Shown piece by piece: positions 53,970-63,814 of a DNA stretch of 64,000 nt. The position numbers and the translations under genes are program-made. Numbering within the stretch: the stretch's first letter is position 1; each line of letters opens with the position of its first letter. Under the pieces are notes generated by a model. It was not told where the DNA came from. It was given only the letters and a program-made list of their open reading frames with translations, and made no database searches. Origin of the DNA: an uncultured virus (IMG/VR IMGVR_UViG_3300025372_000013) (taxonomy: Duplodnaviria; Heunggongvirae; Uroviricota; Caudoviricetes); IMG/VR virus record IMGVR_UViG_3300025372_000013. One strand, written 5' to 3'.

Positions 53970-55819
53970 GGACTTGTCGCCGTTCCGTTAGCAGCATCCT
54001 GCGCAGCCTTAATCTGAGCAGCTGTCTGACCCTGAAGTGCAGGAATTCTAGAGAAGGTAATACTTACAACGCTTAAGATAGGAACCATTCTTGCATCAAA
54101 GATAACGTGGTTAACACTGAAGTTAGCCATGGAGCCATAATACCTAAGGTTATCGTTAAGGTACAGCCAGCAAGGAACTGCAGTTGTGTACCCAAAATCT
54201 GCGCTTTCCCCTCCCCAACTACCGTTTAGAAGTAGAGGGTTTGCATCAGGGTCTCCATTAAGAACTCGATATAAGAACTCAATGTCGTATTCAGTGCCTC
54301 TATAAATGATGCCTTGTACTTCCTCTGTACTTAAAGAACGTCCGTACAAAGCAGTGTCTGACAAATCTAAGCTTGGGTTTATATTTAGCCAGTAGTTCAT
54401 ATCAGGAATTCTATTGATGTAGATATCAAAGCTAACCTGAGAATTACCGGCAAGAAGTGCCGCAGAGTTCTTTGGCCCTAAAGTCCAGTCAACAGAGTTA
54501 TTGGTCGAGGTTTGGTATATAAAGGTAGTAGGGTTATACATAAACCTAAAGCCCCATTGGTTTACGGTGCCAAGCTTTTTACCTTTACCCGGAGTCACTT
54601 TATTTAAAATAGATGCCCCAAGACTATCTTGAAAGATGCGTCCTCTTTCAAAAGTTGTACCAGACAATTCTGCAAAGGTAGAGCCATTCCACCCATTAGT
54701 ATTTGCAACTCTTTGGGCATACTGAGTATCTCTAGCGTACTTATGTGGAGGTGGATTCCACCTTACTGGATCGGTAGGTGGGTTGTAGGAGACAGCAACA
54801 TCGTTATTTCCTCCGCTATTGCCACCACCGCCTCCACCGGCGCCACCACCACCACCGCCAGTGTTTCCTCCACCATTGTTAGCAGGAGAAGCACAGTCTC
54901 CTTTAGCATAAACAAGGTAGCTTGCAACTAAAGCTTTGTATTTGCTTCCATCTTTATCAGTAATAAGACCGCCTACTTTTGAAGGCTTACCACTTACATC
55001 TGACTGCCACTCTTGGAAAACAACAGTCTTAACTCCAGCTAAGCTAGTGTTTGGGGCCTTGTAAATTCCATGCCATTTCTGGTTGCAGTAGTCCCATACG
55101 TAGTCTCCTACAGGAGGATATGTTGGTGATCCTGTAGGAGCAGTAGTGGTGTTATAAGTAATTGCATTAAGAAATGCGTCTGGAAGGTGAGGGGTTACAG
55201 GTACTTTTTGACCTTTTTGTACAGGAGTTCCTAAAATTGTAGGGTTTACATTTAGGAGCATAGAAGACGATATTGAGTAAGTTCCGTTATCTCCGTTTAA
55301 ACCTCCGCCATTTATGGTGCCGCTTAATGTAAAAGGTGTAGATGAGCTGGCTACATAGGCATTAGGGCTAAGGGTAAACCAGAAAGTATCTCCAGTACCT
55401 TGATGGGAAATGTTTGGTCCAGCAGAAAAAGTGTTGTGGTCAGTATTTACTTTGCCCAAGGTAAACCCGGACACACTGGTTGCATTATGTACAGTAACGT
55501 AACTATTAGTTAGCCAGTAATAGGTACCACCAAAAAGCTGATAGAACCTAATCCTATACTGAACTTGATACCCAATAGGAAGCGTAAATGTTGTAGCTGC
55601 AGGCACAGTCTTGCTTGTAGCTTTGGTATTAGTTTCCCTATACAGGCAATAGAATGATGGAGGGTTATTTGCAATATCAGCCAAGTTAAAAGAAGACGTG
55701 TAGTACACGCCGGCAGTACTGGCGTTGTTTGCTGTAGCTAGATCATTATTAAGATCTACATAGCTCCAGTTCATCCAAGCTTCTATAGTATAAAAGTATT
55801 GATATGTAGGTGTAGGCAT
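53966..55819 (-). CDS. Tail tube initiator-like protein with N-terminal extension and Gly linker
   Basis: F.YNP, Y.G......V.H..F...MVP....V.I.F C-terminal domain. Confidence 0.65.
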   Translation of the reverse strand: MPTPTYQYFYTIEAWMNWSYVDLNNDLATANNASTAGVYYTSSFNLADIANNPPSFYCLYRETNTKATSKTVPAATTFTLPIGYQVQYRIRFYQLFGGTYYWLTNSYVTVHNATSVSGFTLGKVNTDHNTFSAGPNISHQGTGDTFWFTLSPNAYVASSSTPFTLSGTINGGGLNGDNGTYSISSSMLLNVNPTILGTPVQKGQKVPVTPHLPDAFLNAITYNTTTAPTGSPTYPPVGDYVWDYCNQKWHGIYKAPNTSLAGVKTVVFQEWQSDVSGKPSKVGGLITDKDGSKYKALVASYLVYAKGDCASPANNGGGNTGGGGGGAGGGGGGNSGGNNDVAVSYNPPTDPVRWNPPPHKYARDTQYAQRVANTNGWNGSTFAELSGTTFERGRIFQDSLGASILNKVTPGKGKKLGTVNQWGFRFMYNPTTFIYQTSTNNSVDWTLGPKNSAALLAGNSQVSFDIYINRIPDMNYWLNINPSLDLSDTALYGRSLSTEEVQGIIYRGTEYDIEFLYRVLNGDPDANPLLLNGSWGGESADFGYTTAVPCWLYLNDNLRYYGSMANFSVNHVIFDARMVPILSVVSITFSRIPALQGQTAAQIKAAQDAANGTATSP

Positions 55820-58701
55820 TATAGGGCGCTCGCAATCTTATCTAGAACTCCCCTAGAAGTTAGTCTCTGTGACACGGCTTTAACTAACCTTTCAGTCTCT
55901 TCAATACTTCCTTGAGCAATATGTACATTCATATCTAGCTTAATTGTAACATTAGATCTAGCGTTAAAGGTTGCGCTGCTTCCGGTTGATGAGTGTACAG
56001 ACGGAGCATCTGGAGTAGTGCTGATGCCTAGAGAAGCTGGTCCACCACCCTGCCCAATATCGTGGGCAGCAGTTTGAGCTTCCTTAAGATATTTAAGGAA
56101 TGATCCACTTGTATATGTAGACCATGGGTTAAAGTTATGTCCCTTATTACTGATGGTATACCCAGCAGCAGCGTTAAAGCTAGGGTTACGAAGGCGAGAA
56201 CCATCTCTAAATGGCTCGTTATATGCCTTCCAATCTTTAAGAGAACGAACCTGGAATAGACCATAGCTTGGACCCCACTTAGCATCTTGCAACTTTACAT
56301 CGCCTACTGCTCCAGGACGTCCACCAGACTCTGCTAAAGTAATAGCAAAAGCTGTTTGCAAAGCTTTACCCGAGAATCCTTTAGCACTAAGGGTTCTCAT
56401 TAACCCATCTTTACCGCCAGGAATCATCTTTTCATCTACCTGTGGTCCAGAAATACCGGCCATAATATCTGCAGCCTTGCTTGCTCCGACCTTCTTAACA
56501 AGATCAGAGTATGTCATTGCCTTACCAGTAATTGAGTTGCTTAATAGAGACGCAATATCTGTAGATGCGTATTGACCAAGATTAGAGGTCCCATCAGTAT
56601 TTAGGAAGTTAGAAAAACCATTAGATCCAGATTGTGCTGCCTGATGTGATCCTACAGATGTACCTAGAGGTATAGTTGCTTGAGACGTACCTGCGCCAGT
56701 TAAGAAAGGCTTTGGATCAACCCTAACGCCCTTGCTATTCATAACTTCTAAGTGAAGGTGTGGACCTGTAGAGTCTCCAGCTCCAGGAGTTCCTGGCTTA
56801 CCTCCAGAACGACCAATAATTTGACCGGCTTTTACTTTTTGCTTCCTTGTAACCACAATAGAAGACAAGTGAGCATAGCGAGATGAATGATCTCCGTGGT
56901 CAATAACTACATAGTTACCCCAACCTCCACCTTGACCAACAGTAGCAACCACGCCATCTCTAATAGCATATACGGGACTTCCTACGCTTACGCCAAAGTC
57001 AATACCGCTGTGCATACTGCGGCCACCACCACGCTTACCAGGAACAGAAGGCGTTGCTCTCATTCCATAAGGAGAAGTAATTGGGGTAGATTTTGCTACA
57101 GGCAAGGTGTACTTAGTAGGGGTTAGTAAACTCTTCTTACTTCCAGTACCTAAGTTACCGTGATCTGAAGAACCACCGTGAGCAGCCCCTTGAATAAAAT
57201 CTTTTGCAATAGACGCATCTTGAGCCGCAATACCCGCTTCTTCAGCAACAACAGCTGGAGTAGCAGCTCCGCCACTAAATACTTCTTCTCCAGCAATACC
57301 GGCTTCTTCAACAGCAGTTGCGCCCAGCTTAAGAATGTCGCTAGGGTGCCTAAGAACATTCTTAACTCCACCAAACAATCTACCAAAGAATGAAGGTGCG
57401 GCTTTCTTAAGCAAACCCTTCTCAGCAGCCTTTGCTGCAGATTCTGCTACATCCTTTTCCAAGACCTTGGCCTCTTTACCAAACATCTTTTCCAAAGACT
57501 TCATAAGCATCTTGTTGCTTAGCATATTTGCGCCGCCACCTAGCAGGCCACCACCAATTTGTGAGAGCGCATTTGCAGTAGGGCTAGCATTCGGGAATGT
57601 TTCAAGGATTCCCTTAAGCTTCATTAAACCTTGCGTTACCCCTGGAAACTGCTCAGCCATTTTTGTAAGGCCATCAGTAACAGAAGCAGAGGCATTAAGC
57701 GCAGTATCGTATCCCGATACTAGTCCGCCTTGAGTAGCTCCAAGAAGTTTATTCTGAGCTGAGTTATTTCTAAAGTTAGCTGCAAAAGGATTGTCTTTGC
57801 CCATTCCACCCATAATACCTAGGGTGTTATTAACGTCACCAAGATCAGAAGATGTTAGGGCTGATCCCTTTTTAGCACGAAGAACCATAGCATCTTGCAA
57901 CAAAGACAAGAGTTGTTGATTGCCGCCTGCCAAAGCGCTTAAGCTCTGGTAACCCGTAGAGCTTGTGTTCATGAAGGTACCCATAGCATCGCTGGCGCTC
58001 TTTACATGCTGGCCAAAACGGCTATAGATAGAGTTAATAATTGATGTTGGATTTTGCAAGTCGCCGTTTGCATCACGTACTCGAATACCGGCACGCAAGA
58101 AGTTCATTCCATTAATGCCAGCAATGGCGCCCGCAGCCTGCTCGTTACTCATTCCGGTCATGGCACTTAAGCCACCAACTTGACCCATAATTCTTTGAGA
58201 GGTTGCGGTATTAGCTGCATAGCCTGATGAAGCAAGAGCAGCCTGAGCCATAACTGGGCTCATAGCACTTGTTGCTCCGCCGCCTACCTGCTTGTTAGCC
58301 ATAGCAATTGCTTGGTTAACACTCATACCTGAGTAACCGGCATAGGTAGCTGCACCCATGTATTGAGCAACAGCTGAGCCGGTGCTTGGCGCCGCCTGCA
58401 TAAGCGCAGCGCCTGCACCAACTACTCCCATTCCAAGGCCAGCAGCTACGCTGCCAACGCTAAAGGAGCCCATACCAAGTTTACCGCCAGGGGTGTTATT
58501 ACCAACCTTGCCGGTTACATCTTCGGTTTTATCTAGGGCTTTATCCCATTTAGCAATAATGCTATCTACATATTTTTCGACCTGTTGGAAAAGCTTGAGC
58601 ATGTCCTGTGGCAGGTCCTCAAAGGTCTTAGCATCAACGCCAAAATTACCCAGAGCGTCTTCTTCACCGTCTGGGCTAAAGAGGTTACCTATGGCCGACA
58701 T
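55819..58701 (-). CDS. Tape-measure protein with M23 peptidase and lytic transglycosylase domains
   Basis: HSGIDF, YAHL, STGPHLH; AESGG, GLFQ, N...PW.TY. Confidence 0.88.
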   Translation of the reverse strand: MSAIGNLFSPDGEEDALGNFGVDAKTFEDLPQDMLKLFQQVEKYVDSIIAKWDKALDKTEDVTGKVGNNTPGGKLGMGSFSVGSVAAGLGMGVVGAGAALMQAAPSTGSAVAQYMGAATYAGYSGMSVNQAIAMANKQVGGGATSAMSPVMAQAALASSGYAANTATSQRIMGQVGGLSAMTGMSNEQAAGAIAGINGMNFLRAGIRVRDANGDLQNPTSIINSIYSRFGQHVKSASDAMGTFMNTSSTGYQSLSALAGGNQQLLSLLQDAMVLRAKKGSALTSSDLGDVNNTLGIMGGMGKDNPFAANFRNNSAQNKLLGATQGGLVSGYDTALNASASVTDGLTKMAEQFPGVTQGLMKLKGILETFPNASPTANALSQIGGGLLGGGANMLSNKMLMKSLEKMFGKEAKVLEKDVAESAAKAAEKGLLKKAAPSFFGRLFGGVKNVLRHPSDILKLGATAVEEAGIAGEEVFSGGAATPAVVAEEAGIAAQDASIAKDFIQGAAHGGSSDHGNLGTGSKKSLLTPTKYTLPVAKSTPITSPYGMRATPSVPGKRGGGRSMHSGIDFGVSVGSPVYAIRDGVVATVGQGGGWGNYVVIDHGDHSSRYAHLSSIVVTRKQKVKAGQIIGRSGGKPGTPGAGDSTGPHLHLEVMNSKGVRVDPKPFLTGAGTSQATIPLGTSVGSHQAAQSGSNGFSNFLNTDGTSNLGQYASTDIASLLSNSITGKAMTYSDLVKKVGASKAADIMAGISGPQVDEKMIPGGKDGLMRTLSAKGFSGKALQTAFAITLAESGGRPGAVGDVKLQDAKWGPSYGLFQVRSLKDWKAYNEPFRDGSRLRNPSFNAAAGYTISNKGHNFNPWSTYTSGSFLKYLKEAQTAAHDIGQGGGPASLGISTTPDAPSVHSSTGSSATFNARSNVTIKLDMNVHIAQGSIEETERLVKAVSQRLTSRGVLDKIASAL

Positions 58702-58704
58702 ACA

Positions 58705-58851
58705 TCACCGCCTTACACGATCAATAGCTTTATTTATCCAGTTAATTCGTTCTCTAAAAGAAAGAGCACGAATCTCGTTGTAAGTCCACCCAGGATACTG
58801 AAGCGCTAACGCCTCATAGATATCCATAAGAGACTCATAATCTATTTCACC
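58705..58851 (-). CDS. Tail assembly chaperone T-domain (probably reached by +1 frameshift; internal ATG at 58827)
   Basis: Y..LA..YPGWT..EIR.L...ER..W; frame is +1 relative to TTT CGG TGA. Confidence 0.7.
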   Translation of the reverse strand, partial: GEIDYESLMDIYEALALQYPGWTYNEIRALSFRERINWINKAIDRVRR

Positions 58852-59671
58852 GAAAGATATCTGCCAGTGTTAATGGCAGCTTTACCTCCTGATTACAAGA
58901 GGAGCATTCCTTAGATAGTTTGTCGAGTTGTGGGCCAGGGTTGCGGTCTGATATCTGCTGCAAAATATCCCTACGGTCTTTTAGGCTTAGGTTTCTTACA
59001 TCATCTGTTGTAAGTACCGGCCTGCCATTGATAGAGATAATGCAGTGCTTGAGGAGAATTGTATCCAATTCTGCACTAGTTTTTGTGCTTGAAGCTACAA
59101 TAGCTTTCTGAGCAGCACCCTTAGGTAGGGAAATAACAACTTCTCCAGCCTTACAGGCCATGTTAAATTCTAGAGGACTTTCTAATTTCTTTAAGGGAAC
59201 GTCTGTTTCTAGGTCAATCTCAAAAACCTGTTCTTCCCCACACTTTGGGCATGCGCCTGGCCCAAGCTTGATGGTAGAACCAAAGGTCTTATTTCGAATC
59301 TCTAAAAGAACAAGCTCCCTATCTGCAGCGTATAGCTGATCAAGTAAGCCTGGGGTTGCATCTTCATCCCCAATCTTTACTGTTGCTCGTTCTAAGATTT
59401 CCATTAGGGACTTGCCCGCATCTGTAATCCTAGCCAAAGCTTCCTCATCAGCGCCGTTAAGCTCACGCACTTCTACGGTGTCCATAGTGGTGCCTGTGAA
59501 CGGATCAACTACACCAATAAGTAAATTAACTTTTGGGTTAGGAGGAGGGGCCATCTTAGTAGCTGGCCTCTTCTCCTCAACCTTTTCTGCTTGATTTAAA
59601 GCCTCCTGAACTAACCTGTTGGCTAGCTCAGGGTTGGCTTCTGCATTTAGAGTCTGTGTATCTGTAGTCAT
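58847..59671 (-). CDS. Tail assembly chaperone (gp26-like, zinc ribbon)
   Basis: REL.G.DEE, DR...L..IR, CP.CG, PGP, C..C; between tube and tape measure. Confidence 0.8.
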   Translation of the reverse strand: MTTDTQTLNAEANPELANRLVQEALNQAEKVEEKRPATKMAPPPNPKVNLLIGVVDPFTGTTMDTVEVRELNGADEEALARITDAGKSLMEILERATVKIGDEDATPGLLDQLYAADRELVLLEIRNKTFGSTIKLGPGACPKCGEEQVFEIDLETDVPLKKLESPLEFNMACKAGEVVISLPKGAAQKAIVASSTKTSAELDTILLKHCIISINGRPVLTTDDVRNLSLKDRRDILQQISDRNPGPQLDKLSKECSSCNQEVKLPLTLADIFR

Positions 59672-59695
59672 ATTGTTTACCCTTTAGTTAGATTT

Positions 59696-60325
59696 TTAGC
59701 GGTTGATAGCTGGAGCAGTGGTTGATAGGCTTGGAGCATAAGATACTTCAAAGCCTTCATGAACCAATGTCATCTCTTCTACCATAAGTGTGTTTGAACC
59801 GGCATCAAGGTTGCTGTAAGCAAGTGATGTGATCCAAGCATTGTACACCTTGAAACGAAGCGAGGTGTGCTGGGTAGAATCTCCAAGACCTGCCTGTGTT
59901 CCACCGTTACCGGTTGAAGCAGCTGGGTTTGGATGTGATAGGACCTGGATGTCCAAGTCAACACGGAACTCAGAGCCCAAATCGTTTGTTGTGCCTAGAG
60001 TTGGGGTCAAGACTGAGAACAGACGTGACATCCAATCCCAGCTTCCTGACTGACCGATCATAGAACCACGGGTTAGCGTGATTGGTGTAAATGCGGTCTG
60101 ACCAGGGATCTGGTGCACGTTGGTGTTGTATCCACCTTCACGATATGCGATGGTCTCTGTAGCGATGCTAAGACCGGATACAGATACAAAACCCATGCTT
60201 CCAAAGATTCCGCCACTTGATGAGCTAAGCTTTCCAGACTTATCGTTTGGTGAGCTGAAGGTCACAAGGAACTTAAAATTACGGATTGGATCTGTCTGTA
60301 CCGTAGATAATGAGTATGTTGCCAT
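59696..60325 (-). CDS. Tail tube protein (T4 gp19-like)
   Basis: DP.RNF.F, GF..VSGL, YREGG, PG...F..ITL.RG, NAW, E...L.HEG. Confidence 0.93.
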   Translation of the reverse strand: MATYSLSTVQTDPIRNFKFLVTFSSPNDKSGKLSSSSGGIFGSMGFVSVSGLSIATETIAYREGGYNTNVHQIPGQTAFTPITLTRGSMIGQSGSWDWMSRLFSVLTPTLGTTNDLGSEFRVDLDIQVLSHPNPAASTGNGGTQAGLGDSTQHTSLRFKVYNAWITSLAYSNLDAGSNTLMVEEMTLVHEGFEVSYAPSLSTTAPAINR

Positions 60326-60339
60326 TTGTTATATTCTCC

Positions 60340-62100
60340 TTACGCTGTTGCGCTTCCGGTTAGCTGTGACAACTTGACCACAACAAACTCTGCTGGATAT
60401 TCTAGTGCAACGCCTACTTCAATATTTACATAGCCATTTTGGATGGAAGTAAATGAGTTGATAGTAGAGTCACAGATTACATAGTAAGCCTGCGAAGAAG
60501 TTGTTCCACGCAAACCACCCTGCTGCCAATAAGTAAGCAGGAAGCCTCCGATAACCGACTTTAGCTGAGTCCATAGATTTGCATCGTTGTTCTCAAACAC
60601 AGCAAACTGAGTAAGCTGTGAGATTTGCTTCTCGATGTAGATCAATGAACGGCGTAGGTTGATGTAGCGGTTACCTGGGTTATTGGTAAGGGTACGACCA
60701 CCCATGATAACAATACCTGCACCTGGTACGTTGCGGATAGTGTTAATTGGGTTGATAGATGCGTTCAAGCTGTTTAGGTCAGCGTTAGTGAACTGGTACT
60801 CTGTAGAAAGAGCGTTTGCAAGTTGATTCTGTAGACCAGCTGGAGTCTTCTGAGGTCCACGAAGAATGTCGGTTGCAATGTATTGACCTACAACCATTCC
60901 ACCTGGAGCCTGTAGAGAAGTAGTTCCTTGAGCCTTAGTTGCATCTGGAACATAAACCCATGGCCAGTATGCGGCTGCAAGGTTTCCATAGTTACCGCCG
61001 ATGTCAGCAACTGTGTTGACAATCTGGTTCTGAGCAGCGGTAGCTGAACCCATTCCAGCTGGGGTATCAATGACTGCAAATGCATCTGTACGAGTAGAAG
61101 CATAGCTGATTGCATCAGCGTGCATCTGAGCTGTAGTTGATGCTGCGCTTGCATATGGAGCGTCTGCAGCATAAAGAACCAAAGAGTTTCCTACGCTGTC
61201 AAAGTTAGTCCATGCGGTCTTATAAGCAGCTGTGTTAGGTGCTGTACCGTCTGTACCTCCAGCAAGAGTCACTGCTGCTCCACCTGTGTATGGGAACTTA
61301 GCATTGTTTACGTTTGTAACTAGACCCAAAGTGTTAGAGGTAGCATTGATGATAGAGGCCACATAGTTAGGATCTGAAGGATTCATGCTGAGATCAGTAA
61401 ACTGCTCTACAATAGCCGTGCTTGTATTTCCATTGACAGTTACGTTCTGAGTAACAACAATACCAAAGCGGTTTGAAGTACCGGCTGGAACAATCTGAAC
61501 CTGGTAGTTTTGAGACCATGAACCGACGTTATCAGCAGAAAGGGTAAAGCAAACACCTGGGGTTACAGTCGCTGTAGCAGAAGCACCTGTTACTGCTGTT
61601 CCTGTTGCAACGTTTGTAACTGTGAACGAGGTAGTTGTTGGTACAGAACCGATTAGAACACCTGTAAGGTTAAATGCAGTTGTGCTAAGGCCTGTGATGG
61701 TTACTGTCTGTCCTACAGAGAATCCGTGGGCAGTAGAAGTTGTGTAGGTTACTACTCCGCCTGAAGCAGAAGCCGCTGTAACGGTTGCTGTAACGGTTGT
61801 AGAGCCATCAGTAAACGATGCGGAACCAGCAGTTGCGCCAGAACCTGGGACACGGTTTACGTAAAGGTTGCGGCCACCATTTGAGAAGTAATGATACGCA
61901 GCCCATGTTGTTGGGTAAGAGTTGTTTAATCCACCGTAAAGGTTTACAAAGTCACGCCAGGTGCCACAGAGTGTTGGGACAACTGGTCCCTGTGGAAGGG
62001 TACCTGAAAATGCACCACACGCAGCACTGAAGTCTGTTGGTGTGATAGCTTGCTGTAATGCGACTTCTTGGATATACACTCCGGGACGTTGGTATGTCAT
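60340..62100 (-). CDS. Tail sheath protein
   Basis: PGVYI.E, YF.NGG..LY, A.Y.PW, IN.IR, RYI..RR, VFE.N, PAEF. Confidence 0.95.
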   Translation of the reverse strand: MTYQRPGVYIQEVALQQAITPTDFSAACGAFSGTLPQGPVVPTLCGTWRDFVNLYGGLNNSYPTTWAAYHYFSNGGRNLYVNRVPGSGATAGSASFTDGSTTVTATVTAASASGGVVTYTTSTAHGFSVGQTVTITGLSTTAFNLTGVLIGSVPTTTSFTVTNVATGTAVTGASATATVTPGVCFTLSADNVGSWSQNYQVQIVPAGTSNRFGIVVTQNVTVNGNTSTAIVEQFTDLSMNPSDPNYVASIINATSNTLGLVTNVNNAKFPYTGGAAVTLAGGTDGTAPNTAAYKTAWTNFDSVGNSLVLYAADAPYASAASTTAQMHADAISYASTRTDAFAVIDTPAGMGSATAAQNQIVNTVADIGGNYGNLAAAYWPWVYVPDATKAQGTTSLQAPGGMVVGQYIATDILRGPQKTPAGLQNQLANALSTEYQFTNADLNSLNASINPINTIRNVPGAGIVIMGGRTLTNNPGNRYINLRRSLIYIEKQISQLTQFAVFENNDANLWTQLKSVIGGFLLTYWQQGGLRGTTSSQAYYVICDSTINSFTSIQNGYVNIEVGVALEYPAEFVVVKLSQLTGSATA

Positions 62101-62162
62101 TTGAGTTTTCTCCTTAAGAGATTAGGTTGTTAGAAGGGATTAGGTATAGTGGGCCGGGTAGT

Positions 62163-62762
62163 TTACGGAACAAAGGTTGATGTCTGACTTGTAAACGTGA
62201 TGTTAGGGTTGTGTAGTACTTCGTACATTTGGTCTAGCGAATTCTCAAAGATTTCCGCACTAATGCGAACATTAAAGACATTGCTAAACAGGCGCTTGTC
62301 CTGTTCAGTACTATCTCTCTTTGAGAATCCTAATACATCAAGACGACGGATAGTGTTGTCTTGAGGTACGTATAGCTGGCCAAATCTAAGTGGTAGTCTA
62401 CCAAAAGAAAGCAAAGATGCGATGATCTGGCGATCATGGCGGGGCTGACGAGCCCAGGTGCTTACCTGGTAGATAAGGTCTACTGGGATAGGATACCCAG
62501 TACTGTATTCTTTGTTTGAATCTAAAGTGGTGCCATTATCAGGAAGATAGGAGATGGGGATATACCCACGGTGGGCACGGGTAGTATCTTCCTTAATGCC
62601 TACAAGATCAAGGGTGATGTAGGGGTAGGATTGCTGACGAAGTTCTTTGTCAGGCTGCCCATAGAATACGGCAACAGGACGTGAAGGGTTACCGCCATCT
62701 GAAACTGTGATTCCAGAGAGCAGGCTCTTTAGAGCGGCATCTTCATTTAGGATAAATGGCAT
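62163..62762 (-). CDS. Tail terminator/sheath-stabiliser-like protein
   Basis: P.P..L.YQV..W.R; upstream of sheath. Confidence 0.65.
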   Translation of the reverse strand: MPFILNEDAALKSLLSGITVSDGGNPSRPVAVFYGQPDKELRQQSYPYITLDLVGIKEDTTRAHRGYIPISYLPDNGTTLDSNKEYSTGYPIPVDLIYQVSTWARQPRHDRQIIASLLSFGRLPLRFGQLYVPQDNTIRRLDVLGFSKRDSTEQDKRLFSNVFNVRISAEIFENSLDQMYEVLHNPNITFTSQTSTFVP

Positions 62763-62763
62763 C

Positions 62764-63030
62764 TTAGTTCCCCATCATAAAAGTACGTAGGGCAGGGTTA
62801 GGTTGAGTATCCTGGGTTCCATACTCAAGAGTAAGGATCTGATTTTCTAAGTGCTCTGGATAAGAGATTTTATGTCCTTTGCCATCATGGATCATAGAAA
62901 GACTTGAGACTATGTCTGATGGCCAGCCGTAATCAGCAACATGTTTGCGAAGCTTGGCTGTATAAGCGGGAGTTGCTGCTTTCTCCGAGCGCCTAATTGC
63001 GTAGTTGAATACTGATGATAACTTAGCCAC
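62764..63030 (-). CDS. Neck/tail completion-like protein
   Basis: LEYGT...P.P..R. Confidence 0.55.
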   Translation of the reverse strand: MAKLSSVFNYAIRRSEKAATPAYTAKLRKHVADYGWPSDIVSSLSMIHDGKGHKISYPEHLENQILTLEYGTQDTQPNPALRTFMMGN

Positions 63031-63187
63031 GTTTGCTGAGTACCTTCGAAAGCAGATAGCCTACGCCAGCAGATACAGCAATCTTTTTGATTCCTGAACC
63101 CGGCATAATTCCCGCTGCTCCACGAACGAACTCTTCACGATCGGCATCGGTCTGTTGTTCGACCAGCCGTTTAGCAAGGTATAGCAT
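63023..63187 (-). CDS. Small hypothetical protein (54 aa)
   Basis: AGGAGG RBS; MLYLAKRLVEQQTDADREEFVRG... Confidence 0.65.
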   Translation of the reverse strand: MLYLAKRLVEQQTDADREEFVRGAAGIMPGSGIKKIAVSAGVGYLLSKVLSKRG

Positions 63188-63262
63188 CAGAATCCTCCTA
63201 TAGAGGCGTAAGGGTATTTCAGCAGGGTTCCAGATTTCTCTGGCGTCAGGGCAATCATAAAG

Positions 63263-63287
63263 GAAAAAGCCCCCTTGTGGGGGGCTA
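63263..63287 (-). terminator. Intrinsic terminator
   Basis: AGCCCCC/GGGGGCT followed by TTTT on the minus strand. Confidence 0.7.
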
Positions 63288-63292
63288 AATCT

Positions 63293-63472
63293 TTACTTCT
63301 TTTTCTTGATCTTCTTAGCTAATGCCTTGTCCATCTTTTCGTCTTCCTTGCGGGAAGGCTTTTTCTTGTCCATCTTCTTATCCGCAGCCTCAAACTTTTT
63401 CTTTTGAGCTGGGGTCATTCCCTTTTCGAGCTTCTTATCTTGCTCTTTATCGGACTCTTTTTTCTTAGCCAT
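63293..63472 (-). CDS. Lys-rich small protein
   Basis: MAKKKESDKEQDKKL...; AAGGA RBS. Confidence 0.7.
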   Translation of the reverse strand: MAKKKESDKEQDKKLEKGMTPAQKKKFEAADKKMDKKKPSRKEDEKMDKALAKKIKKKK

Positions 63473-63524
63473 TGTTGTCCTTCTTTCCGCAAGAGCAGTT
63501 TTCACACTTGCACTCTTGGGTCAT
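63465..63524 (-). CDS. Tiny Cys-rich peptide (19 aa)
   Basis: MTQECKCENCSCGKKDNNG; starts directly after upstream stop. Confidence 0.45.
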   Translation of the reverse strand: MTQECKCENCSCGKKDNNG

Positions 63525-63620
63525 TTACTTACCCTTTTTTGTTGTAGGCTTGCCAGCTTTCTTCTTGCAGGCACCCTTGCAACCTGGCTTTGAACAGCCA
63601 CAGCCACATGCTTTGCACAT
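63525..63620 (-). CDS. Metallothionein-like Cys/Lys peptide (31 aa)
   Basis: MCKACGCGCSKPGCKGACKKKAGKPTTKKGK. Confidence 0.6.
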   Translation of the reverse strand: MCKACGCGCSKPGCKGACKKKAGKPTTKKGK

Positions 63621-63622
63621 AG

Positions 63623-63814
63623 TTACTTACCCTTCTTGTGAGTCTTGTGCCACTGACGGCCAGCGGCAATACCATCTTTCACAGTCTTAATCTTAGCATC
63701 TTTTTTGGTTAAGTCCATAGTAGGACCCCCACCATTAGGATGGCTTACGATAACGTCGCCCTTTTTGTTCTTAGTGAACTTATGGGTTTTTCCGGCAATC
63801 TTTACTTTTGCCAT
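63623..63814 (-). CDS. Small basic protein
   Basis: TAATG-coupled; K-rich. Confidence 0.7.
   Translation of the reverse strand: MAKVKIAGKTHKFTKNKKGDVIVSHPNGGGPTMDLTKKDAKIKTVKDGIAAGRQWHKTHKKGK

Noticed and set aside
54820..54875. CCACCG/CCACCA tandem repeats
   Set aside because: They simply encode a poly-Gly linker in the tail protein.
63215..63256. Minus-strand CUGACG-CCAGA-GAAA-UCUGG-AAC, hammerhead-like
   Set aside because: Core positions deviate and no stems I/III are present; probably a simple GNRA leader hairpin.
871..63690. Numerous antisense or nested ORFs in the six-frame track (e.g. 871-1155+, 17302-17772+, 30070-30513+, 57335-57733+)
   Set aside because: They are shadows of well-supported genes, with no RBS or recognisable motifs.
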